From Cycas panzhihuaensis (taxonomy: Eukaryota > Plantae > Cycadophyta), in contig CM041465.1 of the NCBI GenBank assembly GCA_023213395.1, forward strand, positions 182,659,741 through 182,723,740: DNA of 64,000 nt, read 5' to 3'. The notes under the pieces were generated by a model. That model ran no database searches. It saw only the letters and a list, made by a program, of their open reading frames with translations, and had not been told where the DNA came from. A program made the position numbers and the translations under genes. Shown piece after piece: positions 25,301-39,500 of this stretch. Within the stretch, counting starts at the first letter, position 1. Every line of letters begins with the position of its first letter.

Positions 25301-27250
25301 CTGTAACATCTTCTATGCCTGTTTTCCCCTTTACAATCATTAATAATGGCGTTTTCATCTTAAAAGAGAACACTCATCCTTTTGTCCTCTATCTAACTAA
25401 TAGAAATAAGGTTCATTGTCAATTTAGCCATGTACAAAACATCCTCCATATAATAATCATCTCTTCTTGAGTTATAATTATGACCTCTCGTATGCCCTTG
25501 ATAGTTAAAATTTTATTATCTCCTAGAATAATAATGTCTTATAGCTTCCCACATATTCCTAAATCATCAAAGCCTACCTGTCATATGTTTGGAAGTGCTT
25601 GAACAGATGTACCAAAAATTATCAAACTTTATTTGATGTATTGCTATATTCCTTTGGTTAGCTTCATTTTACAAATGTTGTTGACCAACCTACAACAATC
25701 TATAGTTTTTCCTAAGGTGGCATGGCTTGTTATAGTTATGGTAGGTTTTATGAGGTTGTTTTTTAGAGTAGGGGAATAAACATTTTCCACCCATTATGAT
25801 GTGCAATAACAAAATTACACTATAAAACACATAACAAACTATAACACGGTGGGCATAAAATAGCCTTGACACAACACGCCCATATTTATTTAAAATTAAA
25901 ATTTGTGGGGTCCTTAGTCACTACATAAAGTGTCAAAAAAATAATAAAATCCATGGTTAGCATGTAGGCAATCAGAATCTCATCATATGACCATGCTCAG
26001 TACAAAAAGCATGAAAAAGTACAATAAAAAGGTAGCCTTCATTTTTACAAAAGGCTCCTCAGTGACCCAAAAAGACCTTTAGCACATTACGCACAACATC
26101 ATTAGGGCCTAACACATAGGGGTTAAAGTACAAATCTTAAACTCAAGTTAAAAATAGATTAATGCAATTTTAACATTATGAAAAAAAGAAAAAAAAAAGA
26201 TTAAAGTATATGCAACAAACTTTATTTGCATGTGCTCTACATTACACAATGAATCTTTGTCGAATTGACGATTTGAGTTCCCCTTTGTTCAACTTATCAT
26301 TTCGACTGGTTCGTTCAACTGTGCAAAAAGCCCACCATCATCATTGATCTTAGTTCGTACATTTATACAGTTTGCATGATATTGGCAATCATGATGCTCG
26401 TTTGTAAGGGGAAAATTCACTTAGTGTGACTTTGTTAATGCTATGTTGTGTCCTTTTATTTCTTGTTTTCTTGAGTGATGCCCATTTACAATTTGCGTAG
26501 GTCTCCATATGATATTTATCTCTACAGGTCCTTCAAGCTATCCTTACAAACTTGTGACATTTGAGTAAATGTATGGATTTGCTATTGTATTGAGTCATCT
26601 CAACTGGGTCCCAGGGTCCATTTGTTTTAGTCAAATGAAGTTAAGCTCTGATTTTGAGTGTTGGTATTCATACTACAACCGCCTCAAACATGGTTTCCTA
26701 GGATTCTTAAGTTGTTTCAAGTGAGGCCCTTTAATGCTTGTTTGGACTTAGTTAATGTAGTGCCAAGTTGAAGAACATAGAGACTCATAAGGTTTCTATA
26801 CAGTAGTGATGTGCTACCCTTAACATGTGCTAATATAAGGCAAGGCAATATTCCTCCAAAAGACACACTGTCTAACATTTCCATAAAATGTTTTTTTTTT
26901 TTTTTTCTTTTCAACACTGAATACTTGATAGATAAATTAATTCCATAGCATACAATTGTGAATTTTTGAATTGAATTCACCTACAAATTGATAAAACAAA
27001 ACTTGTTTGGCTCCACATGTCACAAGTTTACAGTTAATTAATAACTAGTGATAAATCTAACTCTAATACCACATGAAAGCTTAAAAATCAAAATTGGAAC
27101 CAAATATAAATGAACATAGGTATATCTAGTAGAATTATTCTACTTTCAAACTAAATTTTTATTCATTAAGAATGAATCTACCTCAAAAAGAAAAAAGTAC
27201 AAAAAAAATATATATATATATATACTATACATATACATATACAAGTAGGG
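22346..27250 (-). mobile_element. Ty1/copia element E4 with truncated 5' LTR and missing/replaced gag
   Basis: 3' LTR 22346-22619 with PPT cccctcct, PBS rc (actctaatacca) 27060-27071, 5' LTR similarity 27072-~27250. RNase H/RT 22640-23930, integrase 24400-25050, zinc knuckle remnant ~25700-25760. Confidence 0.82.
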
Positions 27251-27299
27251 GCATGCATGGCCTTTCATCCAATCTCTTTCTAATAATAAGTTCTAGTGG

Positions 27300-28619
27300 A
27301 AGTTTTGATCGACTATATCAACATCTAATACTATCGTTCAATTTTCAAATGCAATAGATAGAGAGGAAGTTGTTCATATTGGTCAATTGAGACAACCATT
27401 GAATGCTTATAGAACATTTGCAATGGGATAGAGGTTTCACATGTTTAACTAGTCAAAAGTGTGAAATGGCGTTATTGATGTGGTAGAACTTTTATCTATT
27501 GTGCATTCAGGGAACTAACCATTGTTCTATCAACATAACTATGTTGAAGTAAGGGATGGGGTAGTTTCAATGTTTTCTCTATTAGTATGGTAAAAAGTCA
27601 TCACTTTAGCTAGGTCAACATCTATAACTCCTATGGCTTCTCGAAGCGAACTCTGTTGAGTAGGATCATCTTGAAGTAATCTTTTGACCTCTATGAGTGT
27701 AGGAATATAGGTATCTTGGTTCTTTTTTTGTGGAATTAATTTTAAGGAAAATATCATTAGTAAGTTTCTCTATAGGATAAAATCCTATCGTATTGGTTGG
27801 TTGCCTACTAAACTTTTGAGAGGATTTTGTAGTTGGTTAGAAACTCATGATGTAGTTGTTTTCGGAAGGTGCTTGCTAATTGGGCTATTTTAGATTGAAC
27901 CTATATTTTGGATGTGGATGATGGTGTAAATGGAGGCACAACAAACTTGGGTGGTTGTGATGTTACAATCACATGCTCAACTACCTCGTCATTAACATCT
28001 CTATCAATTATAAAAGATGGCAGAGAGGCAATGAGTTTATGTTTCTTTAAATATGCCATTTCAAGGGCTAAGGCTTTAAAGATAGCTTATTCCTTATTTT
28101 CAAGAAAATGGTTCATTAGGATAAAAACATAATTAGGGAGTAAATTATGAATGAACAATTTTGGAGCTTACTCCTCTTAGATTACATCTTTGTACCTTTG
28201 GTGAGCAACTTTCCAATCTTAAGTTTCTAGTTTTATTTCATAGTAATTATATGCTCTATTCCATAATTATATGAGGTTGCCACCTTGAACAATCATAGGA
28301 ATTTCATATAGATTTGAAAAAATAGAGATGGAAGCTTAAGGTAGGCAATAATATCATTTCATGATTGGTCCTTGGAGGAATCTAGAAAATAGATGAAGTT
28401 TGTTGTTGGCTTTGTTATATTTGCCCTAATGGATGAATTCTAGTACATAGTCTTTCAAATCTTAGCTTATAGTTGCATTAATTTTTTAAGATATACTTAG
28501 CTAATCTTATTTGGTAAGTCTTACCATTGGGGGTATACTTCGATTGGGTTATTGGAAGTAAGAGTGGACCTAGTATCCAAGTTGTTAAAGAACACTACAA
28601 AAGTTGGAGAAGAAGAAGA
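27300..28619 (-). mobile_element. Ty3/gypsy gag-protease remnant (continues at ~45162-45600 beyond E5)
   Basis: Minus-strand translation gives HLFSRFLQGPIMK*YYCLP*ASIS (retrotransposon gag-like) near 28330-28410 and ECTIDKSSTTSITPF (aspartic-protease-like) near 27465-27510. Confidence 0.6.
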
Positions 28620-31600
28620 AGTTAAGACGAGAACATGTGGACAGAAATCCTTCCTTAATTATAGGGAAGAGATAATCTCTCAATATATACAGCAGAGTCA
28701 TAAGCATGGGCCAATGCATGTAGGCCATATGTCAGATAGATGCAAAGAGGGGGTTACATCATATAATCCTTATCTTACTTAGGACCCCTTAAAAAATAGA
28801 ACATAAAAATAAAACATTAATATAACACCCCCTCTTAATATTTTATCCTTTGTTTTTTATTTCTAACTTTTCCTTCAAAATTTAGAACTTAGCCTTTAAT
28901 AAGGGTTTTGTAAATACATCCACAAGTTGCTCATTACTGGTGCAATTTGTAAGTCTATTTCCCTTATTTGAACTTTTCTTTGATAAAACGGTAGTGCACT
29001 TCAATGTGTTTGGTCCTTGTATAGATACATGATTTTTTTATTTATTTGATAACACTTTGGTTATCACAAAAAATAAGAGTAGTTTGATGTTGACTTTGTT
29101 TCAGATCTTTGAAAAGTTATCTTATCCATATTACTTCACAAGTGGCACTTACTACAACTTTGTATTCTACTTTTATAGATGACATGGCTATAATAACATG
29201 TTTTTTGTTGTTCTAGAATGTGATAATTGACCTAAGAGAGAAGCAGTAACCTGAAGTAGATTTTTTCTCTTATTGATCTCTAGCTCAGTCCGAATCACTG
29301 TATCCAGTTAATTTACAAGAACTTGTATTGATATAAATTAATTCTAGAGTTGGAGTATTTTTTATATATCTCAATATCCTTTTTACTACATTCAAGTGTG
29401 ACACTTTTGGTGTATGCATATATCCTGAAAGTACCCTGATTAAATAAGAGATATTAAGTTTGGTAGCAATTAGATAAATAAGGCTACCAATAAGTTACTT
29501 GTACAAAGTTTTATTTACCTCTTATCCATCTTTATCAATAGTTAGCATACATTCTAATTTCATTAGAGTAGTAGTAGCAATACAATGTTCTATCCTAATT
29601 AAAAAAAAAAAGAATTTTTGGCATATTTTGATTGAGAAATGAAGATAGAGTCTATCTTTTACTTTAATTCAATTCCAAGATAATAATATAATGCACCCAT
29701 GTCTATTATTTCAAATACATATTTTATTTGCACTTTTATCCAATTGATTATGTCTTGATCACTCCTAGTAATTATCATGTCATCTATATAAACCACAATT
29801 ATGGTGATCAAGTCATTGCCCATTTTCTTAATATAAAGAATTAGATCTTATTTACACTTAACAAAACCTTTTTATTTGAGATGTAAGCCTAACTTCATAT
29901 ACCATACTCGTGGTGCCTGTTTCAGCCCATATAGTTCCTTCTTTAATCTATAAATAGGATACTCTTCACCTCCTTTTATGTATCCAAGAGGTTGTTCCAT
30001 ATATAATTCTTTGCCTAGATCCTTGTTTAAAAAGGCACGTTTCACATCCATTTGTATAATATTCCATCTGAAATGTGTTGCCATGGCAATGATTGTCTTA
30101 ATAGTTATCAATTTTGCCATTAGAGAGAGGTTTCTTCATAATCAATACCAGTAGTTTGACTATATCCTTTTGTAGCTAATCTAGCTTTGTATTTTTTAAT
30201 GCTTCCATCATATTTTCCTTTAATTTTATACACCCATCTGCATACAACAATGAGATTACTTCGGGTAGTGAGATTAGTTTCCAAGTCTTATTTTTTTCTA
30301 TGATACCCATTTCAATGACCATAGCTTTTTACAACTCCGAGTCTTTACGCACTTTGTCATAACTTTGTGGTTCAACAAAATAAATCAATGCCTGATGTCT
30401 TTAGAATCTTGTCCTATATTTAAAGAGATTTCCCTTTGATTCTTTAGTAGTTTTCGAATACCATTTTGGTAACTTATTTCTATTTAGACTTGATTTTTCT
30501 TTTCATTATTCCTAGTCTACTCTATATCTATAAGTTGATTGCTAGACTCTTCTTCTTCTTGGGGTTTATTGGAGGTATTTTCTTCGAAAGATATTCTATT
30601 GGAATTATCCAATATTTCTTGTTAAATAATTTTTGTTTTTGAAGCTTGATCACTATTAGTTAATCCTTTATTAAACCCTTCATCAAAGATTAAATCTTTG
30701 TTGGCATAGATTTTGTTTGTTTTTACATTTATGCAGTGATAAAATTTAGATTTATTACTACAACTAATCATTATACACTGAATGCTTTTATCATTTATCT
30801 TTGTTCTTTTTTAATCTAGAATATGAAAATAAGTTATACTTCTAAACATTTTTATATGACTTACATCTGGCTTTCTTCCTGACCAAGCTTCTTTTGGACT
30901 AACCTTACTAAGAATTTGTGTGGGACTTCAACTTATAAGATACATTTTTGTATTGATAGTTTTTTTCTAATAAATATTTGGTACTATTTTTTCTTGAGCA
31001 TACACCAAGCCATCTCTGTTATTGTTCTATTTATTCTCTCTACGACTCCATTCAATTTGGGGGGTATATGATGTAGTGAGTTGTCATTAGGTTTTATTTA
31101 ATTTGTAGAAATGATAGAAGTTATTTGTGATGTACTCTCCTCCTCCATTGGTCCTAAGAGTTTTAATTTTGTAGCCACTTTCTAACTTTGCTTATACTTT
31201 GAATTCTTTAAACACATTTAATACTTTTGATTTGCTGAAGACAAAGTATACTCATGTTTTTTTAGAGAAGTCATCAATAAACGTGAAAAAGTACCTGGAC
31301 CATTAATGGAGTTTGGCGTGATTGGCCCACATAAGTATGAGCAAATAATTCAAGTCTTTCTTTTGTCCTCCATGTGCTTTCTTGGAATTGAACTCTGTGT
31401 TGTTTTCTTAGCATACAACTTTTGCAAATAGATAAGTTAAGCACCATATTATGTAATCCTTCTACCATATTAAATTTCTTTAACATTTCTAACTATCTCT
31501 TTGCAATGTGTCTATATCTAGAATGCCCAATTTTATTATGAGAATTATCAGTAGCAAAATTTTATATAGGAGAACATGGGATAGGGCATAGATCAATTTA

Positions 31601-32899
31601 CTCCTTCCATAATTATAATTTTAAATTGTTTCATATCATATAGGAAACATTTTTCATTCTCATAAAAAATAATCAAAGCTTCTTTTTGCTCAGTTGTGAT
31701 ATAGAGAGTAGATTTTTCTTTAAACTAAGAACAAACAACACATTGCCAATTTTTTGAATTTTATTAGTAACTTTTATAACAATTATTATTTTGCCTTTTA
31801 TCTATAAAGGAAAATTATCTTCAAGTTCCATTATTTGGCTATAACTATATGATTGAAGAGTCTTGAACCAATCCATTCTTTCTGACATATGGTTTGAAGC
31901 TTTCAAGTCTATGAATCAATCATCATTCTTTTGAGTAGATGAAGCCAACATAGTGATGAAAGTAGTTTCTTCTTTTTCTTCTTCTTTGCATTATTTACTG
32001 TTAAATTTTTTTTCTTTCTTTTCCTTGTAGATTTTCGCTCTTTTTTATGGACAACTATTGGCAAAGTGTTCGTATCTTCTATAATAATAATAGGTTGGAG
32101 GAACATAATACTTATAATTATTAGGAAGATGTCCTCTTCTATCACAATGATAATAGGGTTTGGATTCTGTTGATGTGTGCCTACCTCGTGCATCATTGAA
32201 TCTTTCTATTGATGTAGACTAACCTCCTCATCTCTCATTGAATCTTCCTCTTATAACTCTTTCTCTTCCTCTTAAGGTGCTCTTGGGTTGTCCACTACCA
32301 TCTAACTATAACCTTGAAAGAAACATTTTTTCAAAGTTTGTCTTCTCATTGTACCATTTTATTCCCATTTCTTGCTATAATAAGTGCCCACATAAGGTAT
32401 CAAACAACATATTAGTAGCCTAGCCTTCTACGGTAAGAGTATTGACAATATTGTTAAAGGATTTTGACAAACTGTTGAGGATTAGCCTAACAATTTTTTT
32501 AACAGACAATGTTTCTCTAGTAGATGTAAGATTGTCTTTGGCTTTGACTATTTTAATGATAAAATTTTGAACCGATTCTCCTTCTCTCAGATAAATTCAA
32601 TACAACTATTCTCTAAGGGAGATGATTTGGGCTTCATTTTTTTGACCACATAGAGCTTCTAATATTTTCCAAGCTTCAACAAAAGAATTTACTTCTTTTT
32701 TTTTTATATGGTTTAAGAAGATGAAGGGATTAAAAGGGGACCCCGACCCCATTATAGATCAGCTAGGTTAGCCTCTTAGACCTACCATGACAAGCCCATG
32801 ACTTAGCTCCAGAATACAAAAATAAACCTGACCAATTCTACTAACCCTACCTTGCCATGACAAGCTTGATGATTAGCTATAAGAACCAGAATAGAATAT

Positions 32900-35800
32900 C
32901 TACCACTACATGCCCAGTGGATAGCTTTGTAGGCATACTAATAACCCTCCAAATCTTTCCTAACCAGACCTATAGTTTTCTCAAGAAGCAAATCCCTCTA
33001 TGCCTCATTTCTTCTGAACTGGACCCCCTAGTTAGCCAAATTGTCAGCTACTTCATTACCTTCCCTGTATGTTCGGACCATCTAAACATTTTCTCTCCCT
33101 TGGAGAGACTATTTTATACCATTTATCATAGCTCTATGATTCCAATCTAAGTTCACCTCTCTTCTAATTAATTTTATCGCATTCAATGAATCCCCTTCCA
33201 TAATCACTCTTTGGTGCCCCTCTCAAGTTATCATGTCCACAGCTTTGCACATAGCTTCTAGCTTAGCTTGGCGATTTGTTTGGGTCCTATAATAATTAGC
33301 AAAGGGCCAGATCACATTCCCTTTAACATCTCTGCATACCCCTCCACCCCCTGGCTCACCCTTTTCCACACTCCCCCTAATATCCTATTTTTAGTTATTC
33401 ATTTTTCTGAGATGAGGAACACATGTTTAGATTTCATTGTGTACTCCCCAAAAGGGAAAGCATGCTATATTAAAGAGTCCTCCTTGGGGAGCCTGGGAAT
33501 GTAAACTTTAGTTAACTCCCTCCTAAGAGCCTTAATTTTCTCTAATATGGAACATTCAAGAGGAAGATCCTCGAAGTGCCTCTAATTTTTCAAGCCCCCA
33601 CGAGTCTCCCAATAGTTCTTTACATTTTTACCATAAATCCTCTCACAGATATGCTAAAGGGGGCCAAAGCTTGCCCTCTTATATAGTTAGGACTGACCAC
33701 ACCATATGTCTTCCCAGAAGTTTATTGATTCACCATCCACCAGGATCCATTGAGCTCCCGATGTAAGCATCTTCCTCACGTAAGTTAAACTTCTCCAGAT
33801 TGCAGATCTAAGCTTGCCCGAGATGCTATCCTTCAAGAACTATTTATCCCTAAGGTATGTATGGGCTACAATTTTACACCATGACCTCCTGTCCTCTTTG
33901 GACAAATTCCAGCCCATTTTAGCCACCAAGGCCTTGTTAAAGTAAGTTATATCTGCATTCAACCCACCCGCCCATTTAGGGAGGTAAACTTTTTCCCAGG
34001 ACACTAGGTGAATTCTATCCCTTTCCTCCACCCTTGACCACGAGAACCTTTTCTAAATATATTCTAAAGTTTTGATGACTTTCACAGGGCATCTAAATAA
34101 GTACATCATATAGGTTGGGATATTATGGAGGGAGGCCATCGGTAATTGGATTTTTCTTACTTGACTAAGTAAGGCCCCCTTCCAACCTGCCAGCTTTCTT
34201 TGGACTCGATTAATAATCAAATTCCATAAATCCTTCTCCATTCTACCAACAAAAAGCGACATACCAATGTACAGAGTAAGAAACTTTGAGGGAGGCATCT
34301 CCAGAATCTTGTTAATGGTTCTCTAGGTTCGCTCCAAGGTATTTAGAAATAAAATACTACTCTTGTTCAGATTTGCCTTATGGTTTCTTACAGCCTCAAA
34401 CCTTTCGAGCTCAGCCTTTATAGCCCTAGCTTCCTTGATAGTGACCTTGCTCAATAAAATGTTGTCATCCACAAAATGTCAGTGAGTGACAATGTCCACT
34501 CCTAAAGTGGGCTTAAGACCTGCAACCTTTCTTGTCTTCTTGGCCTCCTCCATAGTCCTACCCAACAATTCGGCCATAATGATGAACAAGTACGGAGCTA
34601 AGGGGTCCCCTTACCGTAGACCGTTAAAGCTAAGGAAGAAAGTTGTTGAGGTTCCATTTACCATCATAGAGAATTTTAGCTTCGAGATACAACTATTTAT
34701 CCAGTTCTCCGATCAAGCTCCAAAGTCAAAAGCTTTGATACACTCCTTCAAGCACTCCTATAAGACCCTAATATAAGCCTTAGAGAGGTTGATCTTCACT
34801 ATCATTTTGGACTTCTTCCTCTAAGAGGTCGAGTGATCAGTTTCATGAACTACTATTATCCCATCCATAATTTATCTACCTTTGACAAAGCCATCTTGGC
34901 TAGGTGATATGATCAAAAGGAGAAATCTCTTGAGTCTATTAGCAAGAATCTTGAGCAAAATTTTATACTTCACATTACATTGACTGATAGGTCTATAATC
35001 CTCCATCATTTTCATCTCTTCTTTCTTCGAGATAAGAACCAGAAAGGTGGCCTGCCACTCCCCATGGGTCTTACCATTCTTATAGAATGCTTTGACAACT
35101 TCTAAGAGATCTTCCTTAATAATTTCCTAGTAATCCTAGAATAATCTAGGAGGGAAGCCATCGGGGCTAGGAGCTTTCTCCTTTTTGTACCAAACATAGT
35201 GCTCCTCACCTCTTCCATTGAAAAGGGAGCTTCAAATTTTCAATTCATTTCTTCCCCGACATTCTTAGGGATTAGATCCAATAATTCTCTCTTGGCCTTT
35301 GCATCTAGACACCTGGGTTTAGAAAATAGATCCCTGAAGTAATCCACCGTCACATCCTTAATGGCTCTCTGCTCTAAGACTTCCTCACCATCCTTGTTGA
35401 TCATAACCTTAATCTAGTTATAAGAATGATGTTTCAAAGTAGTCATGTGGAAAAATTTTGTATTTCTATCCCCCTCAGCCAGCCACAAGGCCCTAGATTT
35501 TTATCTCTAATGGATTTTCTCCTTTATCAGGGATTTCCTCTAGTTTTAAAAGGAGGTTTCTCTCTGTTTGATCTAAGGATTAGGACCTCCCTTCCTCTTG
35601 AACTCTAGTCTCCACTACCTTAAGATCCTCTAGGATCTAGTTCTTTATTTCATGGATGTTTCTATAAGAGTTGTTGTTCCACTCTTTGAACTAACCTTCA
35701 CTCAGTTCAATTTTTTAAAGAACCTAAGCATCACACATCCTTCTACTGGGACCTTTCACCAGTCTTCAAATAGCTCTTAGAGGCCAGGCTCTTTTGTCCA

Positions 35801-36550
35801 TATTAGCTTGAAATGAAAGGGGGCTTCTATATGTCTCTTGCTGTCAGCAAACCCCAACACTAAAGGAGAGTGGTCTGATATTGACTTTGGCAAAGCTTCC
35901 AGAGTAATATTATTATACTAGCTAGCCCAAGCATAATTTATTAGAACTTTATCAAGTCTAACCTAAATATGGTGAGCTCCCAACCTTCTGTTGGACTAAG
36001 TGAACTTTGGATCTCTAAGGGGAACATTCATCATGCCCCCCTTCTGCATAAATTTCCTCTAGTCTGCCATGCTATTTGCCTAGCCCTCCTAACCCCCTTT
36101 CTTTTCTTCAAGGGATAAAGCCGTGTTAAAGTCTCTAACTATCATCTAAGGACCCTTCCATTCTTTGTGGGCGTCCAACATCCTACCCTACAAACTTTTC
36201 CTCCCTTCTTGAGTTAAGGGAGTATGCATGTTTGAAACCAACCATTTGAGATTAGATTTTCTACAGGTCAACTAGCTAGATATAAAATGGTCCTATAAGA
36301 TACAAACCTCTCCCTCCCATTTTCTGGCATTCCACATGATAGCCATATCACTCGAGCATCCACACTCATCTGATGCAATCATCTTAACTCCCATCCACAT
36401 TTTGATCTTTATTTTATCTCTATTATCTACTTCTAATTTGGTCTCTTAGAGTAAAAGAATATCTAGATCGAAGTGAGATCGAAGATCTCTCACTAATCTA
36501 TATTTTGATGGGGAATTTATACTTTCTATATTCCAGGAGGCGAGTTTCAT
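32900..36550 (-). pseudogene. LINE ORF2: AP endonuclease, RT, RNase H
   Basis: Starts MKLASWNI...ETKLE (APE), includes SDHSPL, KAPSPDGFP, YRPISQCNV, RKLAGWKG.LLS, HLVSWEKV.LPK.AGGL, and RNase H motifs VIMEGDSLNAI and YREGNEVADNLAN. Confidence 0.88.
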
Positions 36551-39500
36551 GACTACTCTACCCCCTTCTCCCTCCACCTCTTCATCTTTTACTTCTTAAT
36601 TTAGGACCTTTCCCTCCTCTATCCTTAAGGGTACATTGACTGCCCTGGTCTATCTATAAAGCCGCCTCCCTCTCTTGCAGCATCTTCTAAGAGGATCTCC
36701 TAGGCCTCTTTTCACTTCCAAAATCTGGTCCTTTGGCATGTTCTGAATCCTTGTAATCCTCTCAGACCCCTTTCCCTTTGACTTTCCAAACCTTCTCAAG
36801 TCTTCCTTATTTCTCTTGTCTTCTTAGGGGAGCCTAGTCTTCAAATTGGGAGGCCTCCTTCTCCCCTAACAAGGTCCCCTTGTCCAGATCAACGAGTTCG
36901 ATATCACCTTTTTAGGTCTGATTGTGAGCTAGGGGGGTACTCATCCTAAGCTCCTCCCTCACCTTTGTCTCCCCTTCTTCTAGAAGGGTATCTTCCTCCT
37001 TTAGGTCCAACTCCTAACCAACTTTAATTAAATCTTCTTCAACCCTCTTCACCTCTTCAAAGACTCCCAACGGTCAATGTTGCTTATCGCTACCTATCTC
37101 CTTCTTCTCCTAATGGAGCACATGAGGCTCCTTCTTTGGTTCCCTAGGGCAATTTTGGGGAAGGTGTCTTAGATGCTTATAGATTATGTATCTTATGTTT
37201 TCAAGCTCATACTCTAATTTCTAATCTTTGCTCCATCCTTCTCCCTCTATTTTCACTTGGTTAGGAAGGGGTCTATCTATTCTTGCTAGAGCACAGAATC
37301 TGGCATTCACCAACCTACTCCTATTCTTGGTAGTCGAATCAACTGCTAAAAGGGGACCTATAACATTAGCTATCCCTTTTATAACATCAAGATCCCAATC
37401 TTAAAGTGGGAGGCTTGGTAGCTAAACCTAAAGTAGAATTTGCTTTATAGAGCTCCTAACTAGATCAAAATCCAGATGCCATTTCTCCATAAGGGTTGCT
37501 TTTCTCCCTATCATCCAGGGTGATCTTAATAAGACACTTACTAAATTTTCTTTATATATGAATTTGAAGAGTACACATCCCTTAGGTAGTTCTATGACCT
37601 CCACTGACCCTTTCAGTTTCCATTTCTACCCTACCCATTTCCTTATGGGGTCCACTCTTGGTCTTGTAGTATTGATGCTACAATCGTAGATGAAGAATAC
37701 TTGATGATCTTATTGAGAGTATACGAGTATATATATATATATATATATATAATTAGGGTTTATAACCCTCTGGAACTACTTTGTAATCGATACATAGAAT
37801 AATGACATGTGTTATTAACATGTGTCATTAATATACGAAAGGATTAGACATTATATTCTAACTTCCCCCCTTAATGTTATATCGTTTTCCTTCATGCCGA
37901 TCTTATCTCTAAGGTACATGAACTTCTCCTTGAGAAGAGGTTTTGTGAAGATGTCAACTAATTGTTTTGAACTTAGACAATAGGATTAATTGACTTCCCC
38001 TTTGTCTACTTTCTCTCGGATGAAGTGATGATGAACTTCAATATGTTTCGTTCGGGTATGAAAATAGGAGTTCTTCATCATTTGAATAGTGCTCTGATTG
38101 TCACAGTTGATTACGGTTGCAGCCTTTTGAGAAAAGTGTAGTTCATCTAAAAGATGTCTTATAGCCAGATAACCTCATAGGAGGATTGAATTATTGCATG
38201 GTATTCTGGTTCAGATGTAGATAATGATATTGTGAACTGTTTCTTCATTTTCTAAGATACAATACTGTTTCCCAGGTCAAAACAGTATCCAGAGGTAGAT
38301 TTTTTATTGTTAATGTCTCCTGCCCAGTCTGAGTCTATGTACCTGGTTAATAGATTTGATCCTTGATTACTGTAGTAAATACCATATGTCTTTGATCCTT
38401 ATAGGCAACGAAGGATATGCTTGGCTACTTTCCAATGCGATACCTTTGGGCAGACATGTACCCCTATTGTAAATGTAATGTCTGGTATAGTTAAAGTAAG
38501 ATATATGAGATTTCCAACTAGTTTCCTTTATGAGTTTCATTTACTGGTTCCCCATCAGGATCAATAGTAAGCTTGGTTCTAAAGCACATGGGTGTGAGAG
38601 ATGGTTTGTAGTCCATCATACTGAAGTCTTTTAATATGTGTGTTATATACTTACTTTGATTTATAAAGATTCCACCCTTTAGCTTATGAATTTCTATTCC
38701 TAAGTAGTAGTGGATTTCTCCCAGATCTATTATTTTAAAGGTTTTGGATAATTGAAGTCGTAAAAAGTTGATCTAGTTAGTGTTACTACCAATGAGTATC
38801 AGATCATCTACATACAATACAAGAATGATGACTTTGTCATTTTTGTCAGTGTGAATGCAAAGGCCAGAGTCAACTTCTAATTGCTTCATTCTAAAACTTT
38901 GTAGGTAGGAGTCCATCTTTGCATACCAAGCCCTAGGAGCTTGTTTTAGTCTATAACGAGCCTTGTTAAGTTTGCAGATAAGGTGTTCTTATCCTTGTGT
39001 GATGTATTCTGGTGGTTGTTCCATGTATACTTCCTCATGAAGATCTCCATTGAAAAAGGTTCATTTGACATCTATTTGATACATTGGCCAATCATAATCT
39101 ATTGCTTGAGTTTGAGAACAACCTTTTGCAATAAGTTAGGCCTTGTATTTCTCAATTGATCCATAAATTTTTTCTTTGATTTTATACAACCATCTACATC
39201 CAATGATGGGTTTTCCTTGACGAGGAGTAGTAAGTTTCTAGGTTTTATTACTGTAGATTGATTCTATTTATTCATTTATTGCTTCTTTCCAACGAGGACC
39301 ATTTTGGGCTTGTTGATATGATATATCATATTGAACAGTAAGCCCATGATGCATTTGACTTTAGGTTCTTTTCCCTTCTTGAATGAGATCTAGATTTACT
39401 CAGGATTCCTCTATTGTTTTCAGGTACCATTTTGGCACCTTTTTTTGTGAGGAATTTTGCAGTTAAATTGAGTTGTTGATGACCTCATTTTGTTCAGATG

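Noticed and set aside
26370-26402. Mini-exon-like stretch encoding LHDIGNHDAR (GNHD metallophosphoesterase-like motif)
   Set aside because: Too short and no supporting neighbouring motifs; likely chance.
25919-26762. Possible CACTA element (cactacataaa ... ttaatgtagtg)
   Set aside because: Only an 11-bp imperfect TIR, flanking 3-mers (agt/cca) do not form a TSD, and no subterminal repeats or transposase were seen.
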